Shown one piece after another: positions 1-10,260 of a stretch of 64,000 nt of DNA. This DNA is from an uncultured Acidobacteriota bacterium (GTDB taxonomy: Bacteria; Acidobacteriota; Thermoanaerobaculia; UBA5066; DATFVB01), in contig CAWEYG010000003.1 of the NCBI GenBank assembly GCA_963813155.1, positions 576,001 through 640,000 on the forward strand, in the 5' to 3' direction. Position 1 is the stretch's first letter, and every line of letters starts with the position of its first letter. The translations under genes and the position numbers were made by a program. The notes below the pieces were generated by a model. It ran no database searches. It saw only the letters and a list, made by a program, of their open reading frames with translations, and was not told the origin of the DNA.

Positions 1-1031
1 AGCGTCGCATAGTCGATCAGGACGTCGGGGTCGAGCTTTTCGGAATAGGACAGCGCGTCGGCGAGGATGAGACGTCCTTCCGCGTCGGTGTTGTCGACCT
101 CCACGGTCTTGCCGTTGCGCATCCGGAGGATGTCGCCCGGGCGGTACGAAGTGCCGGACGGAATGTTTTCCGCGAGGGGCGTGAGAGCCGTGATCGTCAC
201 CGGGAGCCTCATCCGGTGCGCGGCCCGGACGATCGCGAGCGCGGTCGCCGCGCCCATCATGTCGAACTTCATTTCGCCCATCGAAGCCGCGGGCTTGATC
301 GAGATGCCGCCGGAATCGAACGTGATGCCCTTGCCGACGAGCACGACCCGAGCCCGGGAGCTCTTCGGGCGGTGGGAGAGGACGAGGAAACCGGGCGGGC
401 GCGAGCTGCCGGAGGAGACCCCCAGCACGCCGCCCATCTTTTCGCGGACGATCTCCGCCTTGGACAGGGACCGAAAAGCCAGCCCTTCGCGCCGGGCGAC
501 CGCCCCCACGATCGCGGAGAGCTGGCGCGATCCGAGATCGTTGGCGGGCGTGTTCCCCAGGTCGCGCGCCCACGCCGCGACTTCCGCGACGACCGAGGCC
601 GTTCGGACCTCCTCGGCGGAAAGCCGAGCTCCCGGAAAGTCGATCGCCAGCGTCAGGCGCGGCGGACGTTCCTTGCGCCGGTACCTCTCGAACGCGTAGT
701 CGCAGAGCGCGAGGTGCGGAAGGAGAGCGCGCGCGACACCGGCCGCTTCTTTCGAAAAGACGAACCGGGCCCGCGTCACGCCCCGCTTCTTCATCGCCTC
801 CGCCGCCGACCGGGTGGAGGCCCGCAGAGCGGCGAGCAGTCTGGCTTTCGGCTTGTACAAATGAACGCAGCACGCGCCGCGCGACTCGACCCAGTAGGTC
901 TCGCCTTCCGACCGGGGGATCCTCTTCCGGAGAGATTCGGGCACCGGGAGCGTCCCCGCGGCATACCCGGCGGGGAAGAAGAAATGCGTCTCGGGCTGTC
1001 TCTCGCTGTTGTCGATCTTCAGAGTCGCCAT
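1..1031 (-). CDS. pepA: Leucyl aminopeptidase (M17), 3' end runs off the window
   Basis: Absent from the ORF track; manual minus-strand translation gives LVGKGITFDSGG, MKFDM and VEVDNTDAEGRLILAD; in-frame ATG at 1031 preceded by GAGGTG RBS. Confidence 0.95.
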   Translation of the reverse strand, partial: MATLKIDNSERQPETHFFFPAGYAAGTLPVPESLRKRIPRSEGETYWVESRGACCVHLYKPKARLLAALRASTRSAAEAMKKRGVTRARFVFSKEAAGVARALLPHLALCDYAFERYRRKERPPRLTLAIDFPGARLSAEEVRTASVVAEVAAWARDLGNTPANDLGSRQLSAIVGAVARREGLAFRSLSKAEIVREKMGGVLGVSSGSSRPPGFLVLSHRPKSSRARVVLVGKGITFDSGGISIKPAASMGEMKFDMMGAATALAIVRAAHRMRLPVTITALTPLAENIPSGTSYRPGDILRMRNGKTVEVDNTDAEGRLILADALSYSEKLDPDVLIDYAT

Positions 1032-1037
1032 TTCACC

Positions 1038-1739
1038 TCACAGAATTGCCGAGCTTCGAAAACGGTCGGCGAGCGTTTTTCCCCCGCGCGAAAAGTCGGG
1101 GATCGTCTTGTAGGCCTCGATGCGTCGCTGAAGATCGGCGACATCGCGGGCCGAAACCGCTCTTTCCCTCAGGCTCTCGAGGACGTGAAGGTAGCCCGAA
1201 ACGTCGTAGCCCGCCAGCGAGGCGAGCCGCGCGCCGCACGCGTCGAGAGTGGAGTCGACCGCCGGCTCCGTCTCTCCCGCGGCCTCCCGCAGGCCGCCCG
1301 GCTGCTGCTCGCGGCAGATCTCCCGCGACAGCGTCACCGCCAGATCCGCTTCCGAGGACATCACGAACAGCATTCCGCGCGACAGCACGACGAATCTCCC
1401 CGGCAACGACAGGGAATAAGGCACGTCGGACTGGGTGACCGCGAACCGGTACCGAACGGAGCCGGACACCCCGCCGGCCGCCGTCCGCCCCACGAGATTC
1501 ACGTAGCGCAGAAGGCGCCCGTCGGGCGTCAGGGGGTCGCGGGCGAACAGGCTCGCCGCCATCTCCCGGCCGGCTTTTTCGACGGCGGGGTCGCCGGCGG
1601 AAGGAGTCACGGCCGGGGCGGACGAAGCCGCCGGGGCCGGCGCGATCGCTCGGCGCACGGGCTGCGGGCTCGGAGAGGCGCAGGAACCCGCCGCCGCCAG
1701 AAGGATCGCCGCCGCGAGCAATGAGAGGAGACTCCTCAC
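1038..1739 (-). CDS. M48 peptidase-like lipoprotein lacking HExxH
   Basis: C-terminal part of ORF 1038..2405; lipobox-like [36 protein letters not shown]; GTG overlaps upstream TGA. Confidence 0.7.
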   Translation of the reverse strand: MRSLLSLLAAAILLAAAGSCASPSPQPVRRAIAPAPAASSAPAVTPSAGDPAVEKAGREMAASLFARDPLTPDGRLLRYVNLVGRTAAGGVSGSVRYRFAVTQSDVPYSLSLPGRFVVLSRGMLFVMSSEADLAVTLSREICREQQPGGLREAAGETEPAVDSTLDACGARLASLAGYDVSGYLHVLESLRERAVSARDVADLQRRIEAYKTIPDFSRGGKTLADRFRSSAIL

Positions 1740-2368
1740 CGAGGACCCGGTTGAAATCGTCCGACCGCCCCCGCCCGCTCGAATTCGGACTGCTCGGCCG
1801 GCGCGATGACGACGGAAAAGAGCCGGTCGACGGCGGCGAAATCTGGAGTCCGGACCGGGCCAGCCTTCCGATTGCCGGGCGACTCCGGCTCGATTTGCTT
1901 CGGCGGCTCGAAGTCCGCCGGGCCGAACGTCGCCGGGGAGGCTTCCGAGCGGCGGAACTGATAGCCGGATCCGTCCGAAAGCACGAAATTCACGGCCGCC
2001 AGGCCGGTGGAATCGTAGCGATATTCGATGCGCGCCTTCCTCTTTCCCACGGGAACGTCCACCATCAGGACCGGCCGGCCGAGGTTGTCGGTCCGGACGT
2101 TTCCCTGCGGGCTGAGCGGCGCCATGAACGCGACGGCGCCGGCCGCCTCCTCGGGCAGATCGCCGTCGGAGTACCACTGCTTTCCGTCGAACACGAGGGT
2201 CTCGCGAAACGCCTCGAGACGCAGCTTGCCGCCGAGCGACTTCACGACCACGCTCTCCCGCGGCTTTCCCGCGAAATCGCGCGACCGAAACACGAGAACC
2301 GTCGGCGAGGCGGGGTAAATACCAAAGGTCGTAAGGAACAGTGCGCCGAGGAGAGAGAGGAACCCCAT
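1736..2368 (-). CDS. Hypothetical secreted protein
   Basis: 210 aa ORF with hydrophobic N-terminus, coupled to the downstream gene by GTGA overlap. Confidence 0.7.
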   Translation of the reverse strand: MGFLSLLGALFLTTFGIYPASPTVLVFRSRDFAGKPRESVVVKSLGGKLRLEAFRETLVFDGKQWYSDGDLPEEAAGAVAFMAPLSPQGNVRTDNLGRPVLMVDVPVGKRKARIEYRYDSTGLAAVNFVLSDGSGYQFRRSEASPATFGPADFEPPKQIEPESPGNRKAGPVRTPDFAAVDRLFSVVIAPAEQSEFERAGAVGRFQPGPR

Positions 2369-2404
2369 TCGCCACAGAATAGCAAAGGCCGTCTGCTAAA
2401 CTCA

Positions 2405-3302
2405 ATGCTCTTGAGAAAAGCTCTCGAATCGACCCTCCTGGCCGGGCTCGCTCCCGCGCGGCGCGGCAAAGTGCGCGACGTCTACGATCTCGGCGACACG
2501 CTGCTCATCGTGTCGACCGACCGCGTCTCGGCCTTCGACGTCGTGCTCTCGCCGGGAATTCCCGACAAGGGGAAAATCCTGAATCAACTTTCGAACTTCT
2601 GGTTCGACGCGTTTCCCGACGTCGAAAATCACCTCATCGAAACGGACGCGGGGGAATTCCCGTCCGCGCTCGCCGCTCACCGCGAGGTGCTCGCGGGCCG
2701 GGCGGTCGTCGTGAAAAAATGCGCGGTCGTCCCCTTCGAGTGCGTCGCGCGCGGCTATCTCGCGGGCTCGGGCTACAAGGACTACGTTCGCACGGGATCG
2801 GTGTGCGGAATCCCGCTTCCCCCGGGCCTTCGGCGAAGCCGATCGCCTCCCGGAGCCGATCTTCACGCCGGCCACGAAAGCGGAAACGGGACACGACGAG
2901 AACGTGTCGTTCGAAGTCCTGGCGAATGCGCTGGGCCGGGAGCGGGCCGCCGAGCTTCGGGACAGGACCCTCTCGCTGTATGCGAGAGTCCGCGCCGCCT
3001 GTGAGGCGAAGGGAATTCTCCTTGCCGATTCGAAGATCGAGTTCGGGGAGATCGACGGGCGGCTCGTCTGGATCGACGAGGCCTTCACGCCGGATTCCTC
3101 GCGGTTCTGGCCGGCGGAGTCGTACCGGCCGGGCAGCTCCCCCGCCTCTCTCGACAAGCAGTTCATCCGGGACTGGCTCGAGGCGAGCGGGTGGAACAAG
3201 ACGCCGCCGGCGCCGACCCTCCCGCGGACGTCGTCGAAGGAACGCGAGAGCAGGTATTTCGCGGCCTTTCGGAAGATTACGGGACGCGAGCCGGAGATCT
3301 GA
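2405..3302 (+). CDS. purC: SAICAR synthetase (one frameshift near 2835)
   Basis: [32 protein letters not shown] in one frame; [41 protein letters not shown] in the next. Confidence 0.95.
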
Positions 3303-3327
3303 AGCCTCGGCCGTCCGTCCCCCTCCG

Positions 3328-3894
3328 TTATCGCTTCACCTCGTAACGAAGCTCGACCATGCCGCTTCCGTAGGCCTTGACCTCCGCCAGATGGAGGGCG
3401 ACGTCTCGATCGAGTTTCTCGAAGAATCGGATCCCGTCGCCGATCAGAATCGGCAGGATCGAGTAACGCAGTTCGTCGGCCAGCCCGAGACGAAGGCATT
3501 CGGCGGAGAGCATTCCGCCCCCAACGAACCAGATGGAGCGAAACCGGGGCCGCAGGCGCTCGTTCACGAACTGCGCGAGGTCGCCCGAGGAGAGCTCGAC
3601 GCTCTCGCGGGTTCGCGGCAGCTCGCGATGGGTGAGGACGAAAGTCGGCTTGTCGCCGTACGACCACCCGAAACCTTTCGCCTCGAAATTCAATGCGGTC
3701 TCGTAGGTTCGCGATCCCATCACGTAACAGTCGATCGTCTTCAGGAACGCCTCGACGAAGCCGGGCTCCAGCTTCTCCCCGCCCTCGAACTTGTCCGAGG
3801 TCTCGAGCCAGTCGACGCTTCCGTCCTTTCGGGCGATGAAGCCGTCGAGGCTCGCCGCCATGTGGATGGTGACGCGAGAATCAGGGTTTGTCAT
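3328..3894 (-). CDS. Dihydrofolate reductase family / RibD C-terminal domain protein
   Basis: AASLDGFIA, VMGSRTYE, WFVGGG, PILIGDGIRFF motifs. Confidence 0.9.
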   Translation of the reverse strand: MTNPDSRVTIHMAASLDGFIARKDGSVDWLETSDKFEGGEKLEPGFVEAFLKTIDCYVMGSRTYETALNFEAKGFGWSYGDKPTFVLTHRELPRTRESVELSSGDLAQFVNERLRPRFRSIWFVGGGMLSAECLRLGLADELRYSILPILIGDGIRFFEKLDRDVALHLAEVKAYGSGMVELRYEVKR

Positions 3895-3906
3895 GCGGGA
3901 GCCTGC

Positions 3907-4293
3907 TCATTGGCCGGGAGGCGGCTGCCAGAGCTCGACCTTGTTACCCTCGGGATCCATGACCCAGCCAAACTTCCCAAAATCGGATTCGTCGATCTTG
4001 TCGAGCACGCTGCAGCCTTCTTCCTTCAAGGCCTTGAGCAAGGCGTGGAGGTCTTCCACCCGGTAGTTGACCATGAAGGAAGCCGAGCTCGGGGCGAAGT
4101 GATTGCTCTCCTGCGGATCGATCAACCAGGCGGTCGTGCCGCCAACCGGCTTGCCCTCGGCGTCGACCCAATCGAAGGCAGCGCCTCCCCAGCTCTGAAC
4201 GTCGATTCCCAGGTGCCGCTTGTACCAGGCCTGCAATGCCGGAGCCTCTTTGGCCTTGAAGAAGATGCCGCCGATGCCCGTGACTCGTCTCAT
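3907..4293 (-). CDS. VOC (glyoxalase/bleomycin resistance) family protein
   Basis: RVTGIGGIFFK, FMVNYRVEDL, FGWVMDPEGNKVELWQP. Confidence 0.9.
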   Translation of the reverse strand: MRRVTGIGGIFFKAKEAPALQAWYKRHLGIDVQSWGGAAFDWVDAEGKPVGGTTAWLIDPQESNHFAPSSASFMVNYRVEDLHALLKALKEEGCSVLDKIDESDFGKFGWVMDPEGNKVELWQPPPGQ

Positions 4294-4462
4294 GTCGCCT
4301 CCTGTTCGTCGCGTGGGTGGGAGAAATGCTACCTCGAATTACTCCCGCTACAGCAACCCCATCGAGATCGACATGAATCTCGCGACGAGACTTTGAGGCT
4401 GGGAATCGTGAGAGCTCGTCAACGTCAGCCTTCCCGGCCGCTAGGGAAACGAGCGCCGCGTG

Positions 4463-6530
4463 TCACATCGCCAGCCCCACGTCGCCTTCGAGCACCGATG
4501 TCTTCAGCCGCGGACGCTCTCCGCCCTTCCAGAGTGCAGCCGTGTGTAAAACCCGATACCGGAGGGGCCCCCCGTCCGGTCTTTCACTGCGCGCGATGGG
4601 CCGCGGGATGCAGACAAACTCGGTGCGCATCTCATCGGCCGACAATTGCACCTTCGCGTAACCGTGTCCTCCCAGATCGACGAACTCGAGGTGCGGAGCC
4701 AGATCCGGGTTGGACAGCGACCGTGCGCGCTTGAGATCGAAGCTCCTGGCATATTCCAGGCTCGAGCGGACGCCGTGCTTGAGCAGCATGTTGTACGTCC
4801 AGTCGGGCTTCGCGCCGTCCGGCCGATCGGCGAGAAACAGCGGGCGCAGCGGATCGGTCTTGGACAAATTGTGCTCGGTGGCTTCCATGGTTCCTGCGCT
4901 CGAGAGCGAGGCGCCGACGAAGCTCAAGCCGACGGGATCGAATTTGCCGGGCGGCAATTGAGAAGTCGCGTAACCGGCCCAGAAGCTGTGGCGGTCTCCC
5001 GAGACGATGGCGAAGCCGGTGATCTTCGCATCCCGGATGAGGTCGTAGATCTCGGCGCGCTCGGTATAGGCCATTGCGTAATCGGGAGGGCTCATGGATG
5101 CATAAGTGTCCTTAGGCCAGGTTTCCTTGGTCAATCCAGGGGGCAGGTTCTGCGGATCGCTTCGCCCATCGAGCGCGCCTTCCGAATTGCCCCAGATCTT
5201 CCACGTGGCGGTCGACTTGCGCAGCTGATCCTTGAACCACGCTTTTTGCGTTGCGCCGAGAATGGTCTGCGGAGGCCTATCCTTCTGCGGGTTTGGGACA
5301 TGCGCATCGCCAAAGCCGACTTCGGCCGGCGGATTGCCGCCGTTGAACGCGCGACCGCCGTCGAGCACCTGCATCAAGGTTTCCGGCGACATGTCGGTGA
5401 ACTCTTCGCCGCCGAGCCTGTTGAGCGAGGGATCGCTAAACGGGTCGGCGCTGCGGTAGCTGTGCTGGTCGGTAATGATCAGATCGAGATGCTTGCCGTA
5501 GCGGAATGTGCGGTAGCCGATCAGGCTGTTGATCGCTGCGAGATTGTTCGGCTCGTCGCCAAGGCCGTTCTCGTCCCACTTCTCGATTGCGACATTCGTC
5601 ACCTGCGGGCGGATCGAAGCTTTCGAACGAGGGTCCGCTGACTTTCTTGCAGCGCGAGGGGAGGTATTCCCACCATGCCTGGTTGGCGGCGACTTTGATG
5701 TTTTGACCCGGTCGAGAGATGCCGCCAGCTTGCTGGATGCTTTGCCAGCCCTGCCACGAGAATTCGTGGTTGTCCCACATGGCGACGAACGGCCAGCGCG
5801 CGCGGGCGTCCTGGAGGTCGGGATCGGCGAGATAGCCTTTGTAAACGGCCCGATAGCCGTCGACCGTCAGCGGGAAATGAAAATGGCCAACCTGGCCCCC
5901 GTCCGGGATGCGCGCGACCTCGTAGATCGTGCGGTCGTAGCGCGTCTTCGTCTCGTCGGGATACTCGACCACCTCGTAGATGAAATCACCCAGGTGCAGA
6001 ACGAAGCCGAGCTGTTGGGCGGCGGGAGCGCGTTCATCTTCGTAAATCATCCGGCGATAGGCGTTGAGCTTGCCCTCGTTGACATCCTGACAGCTCACGA
6101 ATGTGAAGTTCACCGTTCGTGGATCGCCTGGCAGCGGCGCGGTGATCGTGCGGCCGACCCGGCTGCCGTTTCCGTCGGCGTCGGTGAACCGATACCAGTA
6201 AGCGCGCGCCGGCTTGAGTCCGCCAATCAGAACGCGCGCGGTCCAGTCCGCGGCGCTGGAGACCGGCGCCTGCGCGTGCGCAACGACTCGGCGGAAGGCC
6301 TCATCCTCGGCTACCTCGACGGTCAGGAGCTGGCGTGTGTCCTGGGCGAACGGATGCCTCGTCCACAGGATGACGCTGTGCGCATCGGGATCGCCCGAGG
6401 CGACCCCCTGGGGATAGAGATCACGCCGCTCATTCCAGTGGGCACGCGAACCTCGAGCCGGCCCGGCCCATGCGAGCGAAGCACCCATTGCGGCTGCAGA
6501 TTTGAGAAAGGATCGGCGGCTAATCTTCAT
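4463..6530 (-). CDS. phoD: Tat-exported PhoD-family alkaline phosphatase (frameshift near 5605)
   Basis: SRRSFLK Tat motif, GVASGDP, LHLGDFIYE, WDNHEF in ORF 5436..6554; continues in ORF 4463..5602 with SGDRH. Confidence 0.9.
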
Positions 6531-6698
6531 CGTCTCACTCCGTCCGGGCGGCAAGTTGCGTCACTCAGGATTCGGACGCAAGCGCCCGCCAAGACAAGTA
6601 CGTACTCTACGCTCGTAAGTTGGGGCGTTGCTGTCAGAATCCTGCGATGATAGATGGTAAGAACGCTACTACCCTAACCCCGTTTCAGACACTCGTGC

Positions 6699-7040
6699 TC
6701 AGGACTGCGGGTCGAACCCGAAGACGCGCAGCTCTTGGTCGCAGCGACAGGCCTTCGCGATGCGCGCGGCCCACGCGACGGCCTCCTCGCGCGAGGGCAG
6801 TTCGAGCACGGTGAAGCCGCCGTCAAGCGGGGGCGCCCATGGGTAGCCGCCCTCGGCGACTGCTCCGTCTGCTGCGACGAGAACGGGCGGCACGCCTTCG
6901 TCGATGCCGCCGCCGAAGACGTAGACGCCGGCGGCTTTCGCCTCGTCGATCACGGCGTGCGCGTCGCGGCCCACCGCCTCCCACTCGCCTTCGGGCACGA
7001 CCATCGCCGCGCTTGGAAAGGAGATCAGGTACTTGGCCAT
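6699..7040 (-). CDS. YciI family protein (last cassette-position gene)
   Basis: AKAAGVYVFGGG, GGFTVLELPSREEAVAWA; AGGAGG RBS; directly follows the GTTAGGC core site. Confidence 0.88.
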   Translation of the reverse strand: MAKYLISFPSAAMVVPEGEWEAVGRDAHAVIDEAKAAGVYVFGGGIDEGVPPVLVAADGAVAEGGYPWAPPLDGGFTVLELPSREEAVAWAARIAKACRCDQELRVFGFDPQS

Positions 7041-7085
7041 GGTGCTCCTCCTGGGAATTGATGGCGGTCGTGAAGCCTGTGTGCG

Positions 7086-7145
7086 GCCTAACGACGCGCT
7101 TCAGCGGTGAGCGAACCGACATCACGCTGTATGCCGGTGTTGCCG
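7086..7145 (-). repeat. attC site
   Basis: Minus strand CGGCAAC...CAGCG...CGCTGAAGCGCGTC-GTTAGGC. Confidence 0.8.
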
Positions 7146-7149
7146 CGGG

Positions 7150-7603
7150 ATTTCTCGGTCCCGTGTGAGGCCCGACCAGTACGGACGATCTCGTCGCGCT
7201 GGTGCGCCGATCGCACGAAGCCACCCCGACGCGGGCGGAATCGTTGGGGCGTGGGACGAACTCCGAAGCGCCGGGGTGCGACGGATTCGCGAGGAAGGCC
7301 GAACCCTCACGGGCGAGATCCGAACCGGCTTCGCAACTCGCTGAAGAGGCGACGGATGCCCGCGTCTGGTGCGGGATTTCGAAGTTCTCGTGGGCGAGCC
7401 GACGTTGACATCGGCGCGGGCAGTTCGGCCGAGCACTGCCAGCAGCGTTCTGGCGGCGGCATGCATCAGACGATCGGCGAAGGTGTCGTCCCGCGGCGCT
7501 CCGATTCGAGGCCTCGGCCGCGAACAGCCAATCGGCGGCCGATCCTGCTCCTTTCGGGCAAACCTTCGAGCACTGAGATAGCCTTTTCGAGCTTCGTGGT
7601 CAT
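7150..7603 (-). pseudogene. Degraded type II toxin-antitoxin cassette (small antitoxin ~7603-7380, RelE/ParE-like toxin ~7383-7150)
   Basis: Fragments across frames: MTTKLEKAISVLEGLPE; then KSRT, FLANPSHPG, SARVG, RAIG, DEIV.YW.GPH; extended -10 TGGTAAAAT upstream. Confidence 0.6.
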
Positions 7604-7639
7604 CGGACCTTGATTTTACCACCAGGCCAACCCTTCCGC

Positions 7640-7701
7640 GGCCAACGCCTTGCGCCTCAGCGGCGGAACGAAGCGACGTCCGCTGCACGCCGGCGTTTTA
7701 T
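7640..7701 (-). repeat. attC site
   Basis: Minus strand ATAAAAC-GCCGGCGTGCAGCGGACG...CCGCTGAGGCG...GTTGGCC. Confidence 0.8.
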
Positions 7702-8097
7702 GCGTGCGCGTATCCCCTCCGAAGAAGCACGATCACCGCCTGGCACTTCGCGCCGTGTCGCCGAGGCCGCGGGCTAACGCATGTTCGCGCGCTTTCTCAA
7801 CGCCTGCAATCAGATTTGGAACCGGAAAATCGACGTCTCGCGCCGTCTTCGTGAGGTCATAGGCGCGGTCAATCGCGAAGGTGAGGTGTTGTTCGACAGC
7901 TGCTGAGAGAGAGCCGGGCGGCCGTTAAAGGCTGCAAGCGCGGCCTGGCAAGAACCAGCGGCGAGCGCATTCGCGATAAGCCTGCGCGAGTCCTGCAAGG
8001 CCGCCTCACGGCGCTTGCCAAAAGTCATTCCAGCCGCGAAGCCAACCGCGAGAATGGTTGCCGCGAGCACGAAACGGGTAGGTCCGGTTCAACGCAC
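7702..8097 (-). pseudogene. Cassette ORF, hypothetical membrane-anchored protein, frameshifted
   Basis: LAATILAVGFAAG hydrophobic start (ORF 7810..8070); coding-like sequence continues in another frame up to the attC. Confidence 0.5.
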
Positions 8098-8158
8098 TCC
8101 CCACGATTCGGCGTCAGCGGTGGGGCGCAGCGACATCCGCTGCACGCGCATGTTATGC
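8098..8158 (-). repeat. attC site (R' core degenerate)
   Basis: Minus strand GCATAAC-ATGCGCGTGCAGCGGATG...CCGCTGACGCCGAATC-GTGGGG. Confidence 0.8.
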
Positions 8159-8520
8159 CCCCGCACTCTCACCATTCTCGATTCCCTTCAGGAGTTCCTG
8201 AGCAACGGCTCGGTCGTCGGTTGTCACCTGAATCTCGACCGGGCCGACGAATAGGGTTATAACTCAAGCCCGATTCGCCCCCACGCGAAGAAATCCTGAA
8301 GACCCTCATATTTGGCGAGGAACTGAATTCCGGCGTCGCGAAACACGGACTCGATGACCGGGAGAAGCGCAGCGTTTCCGGTCGTGTACACCGTGACCAG
8401 GTCGGGATGATGACCTTGCTCCTCCTCGGCCTCCGGCGCCCCCGTCACGAGAGGAACATGACACTCCGCGCACTCGGTAAAGCCCGGCCGGTATTCGTCG
8501 CCGCAATTCGGACAAATCAT
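8153..8520 (-). CDS. Cassette ORF: zinc-ribbon plus DUF2007-like (putative signal transducing) protein, frameshifted near 8260
   Basis: MICPNCGDEYRPGFTECAECHVPLV, SVFRDAGI, then GPVEIQV...AQELL ending at the TAA inside GCATAAC. Confidence 0.7.
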
Positions 8521-8790
8521 CTAGCCACGCGTCTTCAGGGACGCCGCTCCGCCGCCGACGAACCGACAGGCTGAATCCCGCAGCGTAAATGAGGAGCTTC
8601 GCCAGCGCTATGAACCGCGCGCCGCCGGGCGCGGAATTCCAGATCCAGGACCTCGTGTCTCCGAGCGCCAGCCACAGTCCCACCGGCGACGACAACCAGA
8701 CGGTGGAACACTGAATATGATTCCGCTAGGGCGACGGTTAGGAAGATAGACAGACACCGAGGGCGTGCAGACGCGAGGACCAGAACACAT
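8521..8790 (-). pseudogene. Cassette ORF, small membrane protein, frameshifted
   Basis: Hydrophobic segments PVGLWLALG and FIALAKLLIYAAGFSL; no clean full-length frame. Confidence 0.4.
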
Positions 8791-8795
8791 CACCT

Positions 8796-8857
8796 GCCTA
8801 GCACCGGCTTCAGCGGCAAGGCCGCAGGGCGACGTCCGCTGCAAGCCGATGTTCGGG
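8796..8857 (-). repeat. attC site
   Basis: Minus strand CCCGAAC-ATCGGCTTGCAGCGGACG...GCCGCTGAAGCCGGT-GCTAGGC. Confidence 0.85.
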
Positions 8858-9568
8858 CCTGCGGATTCTACAGTATTCCTCGATGGGCCGGCTCTCATGC
8901 CAGCCCTTTGCCTCTCCGAGCGCTCTGACGATGGGTCGAACAGCATACGAACGCTGTCCATGGGCGAGATAGACGCGAACGTCGAACCGAAGCGTTCGCA
9001 GGCCAGCGACAAGATCGTGGTACGTCGTGTCGTCGGTCGCGAAGTCGGCGTAGGCAAGCAGATTGAGGTTCATGGACGCCTCGCCGATACGTTCGAGCCT
9101 TCGATTCCACTGCGCCGGCGATCCACCCAGGGCCTTCGATTTTGCCTCTGCGCGCATCCGCGAGCGGTTTCCAGGGCGGCTTCGATTCCGGGCGCTTGCA
9201 CTACGAGGCCCCTCCGTCGCCCAGGCTCCTGGACCTCGGTAAGCTGGAACTCGAACACCTGGTCCGCTGCCTTCAGCCGGAAATCGACGTCTGTGTCGAG
9301 CGCATCGTTGACCACCGGCAAGGCCGCTCGGCGCCGAAGCCCGTGGGCGAAGAAGCAGGCCGGCAGCTTGCCACGCCATAGCTCGCCGAGCGAGCGACGG
9401 CAGCCGGTGCGCCGATGTTCGACGGCCTCGATTCATTCTCGATCCGGGGCGCCAGCTGCGCCGGCGACGAAGACGGCTCCGACGACCTATGGCCCTGCTA
9501 GCCTGGGCGAAAAGAAACGCAGGTCCAACGGCTGCGAGGGCGATCAGCGCAGAATTCAGACGTGACAT
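8858..9568 (-). pseudogene. Cassette ORF, hypothetical protein with several frameshifts
   Basis: Protein-like pieces in different frames: MSRLNSALIAL, DVDFRLK..FEFQLTEVQEPGRRRG, NLNLLAYADF. Confidence 0.5.
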
Positions 9569-9569
9569 A

Positions 9570-9785
9570 TCGAGTACCGGTTGAGCATCGAGGGGAAGAG
9601 GCGACCTACGGCAGCCTTTGAAACCAGCGAGGTCGGGACCGCGAGAATCGATGCGACCCCGTAGGACTGCGCAACCTTTCCGCGAAGTATGCCCAAGCGA
9701 CGGGAGTCACGACTCTCTGTCGGACCACAGCATATGCCCCAACCACGATGAGAAAGATCATGCCGCACCCTGGAACGTGGACGGG
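9570..9785 (-). pseudogene. Small hydrophobic cassette ORF, probably frameshifted
   Basis: MIFLIVVGAYAVV...VAWAYF segment directly after an attC. Confidence 0.35.
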
Positions 9786-9789
9786 CCGC

Positions 9790-9848
9790 CAGCAACGATT
9801 CGGCGTCCGCGTTGGTGCGCACGACATCGCTGCAAGGCGATGTTATGC
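9790..9848 (-). repeat. attC site
   Basis: Minus strand GCATAAC-ATCGCCTTGCAGCGATG...GACGCCGAATC-GTTGCTG. Confidence 0.75.
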
Positions 9849-10193
9849 CCGCGCGGTCGATGCATGCGATAGCTCCTTGCGGATGCTTTCCGCCAGACCT
9901 GGGAGGTTCTCAGCCAGGTGTTCGCGGCTGAACATGTTCCCCGCGAAGCCGGGGTGATTTGTGGCGCCGAAAATTTCCCGGCCATCGTGGGTGACCACGA
10001 ATTCCATGTCGGAATATTGAATCTCAAGCGATGAACCGCCGGATCGAAATGAGAGAGCGAAGCCGCCCTTGAACGACTCAGGCGCCACTATCTTGCGACC
10101 CGCCATCTTGAACCCGGAAGGGGCCAAAAACGCAAAGGCGCTGACCGTCTGCTCAGCAAGCTGTTCAACAGCGTTCATGATTCTCGCGGTCAT
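9843..10193 (-). CDS. Hypothetical cassette protein (116 aa)
   Basis: Intact ORF filling the cassette; ATG lies in the GTTATGA core and TAA in GCATAAC. Confidence 0.8.
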   Translation of the reverse strand: MTARIMNAVEQLAEQTVSAFAFLAPSGFKMAGRKIVAPESFKGGFALSFRSGGSSLEIQYSDMEFVVTHDGREIFGATNHPGFAGNMFSREHLAENLPGLAESIRKELSHASTARA

Positions 10194-10244
10194 AACGATT
10201 CGGCGTTAGCGGTGGTCGACATCCACTGCCCGCGCTTGTTGGGC
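10190..10244 (-). repeat. attC site
   Basis: Minus strand GCCCAAC...GCAGTGG...CCGCTAACGCCGAATC-GTTATGA. Confidence 0.8.
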
Positions 10245-10260
10245 GATGGTTGACCAACGA

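Noticed and set aside
67-1724. Long plus-strand ORFs 67..699 and 216..1724, and similar shadow ORFs throughout
   Set aside because: Antisense or off-frame readings of recognisable genes in GC-rich DNA; Arg/Pro/Gly-rich with no motifs
7255-7345. Possible tRNA-like structure (CGAACC motifs)
   Set aside because: No consistent cloverleaf or acceptor stem; better explained as toxin coding remnants
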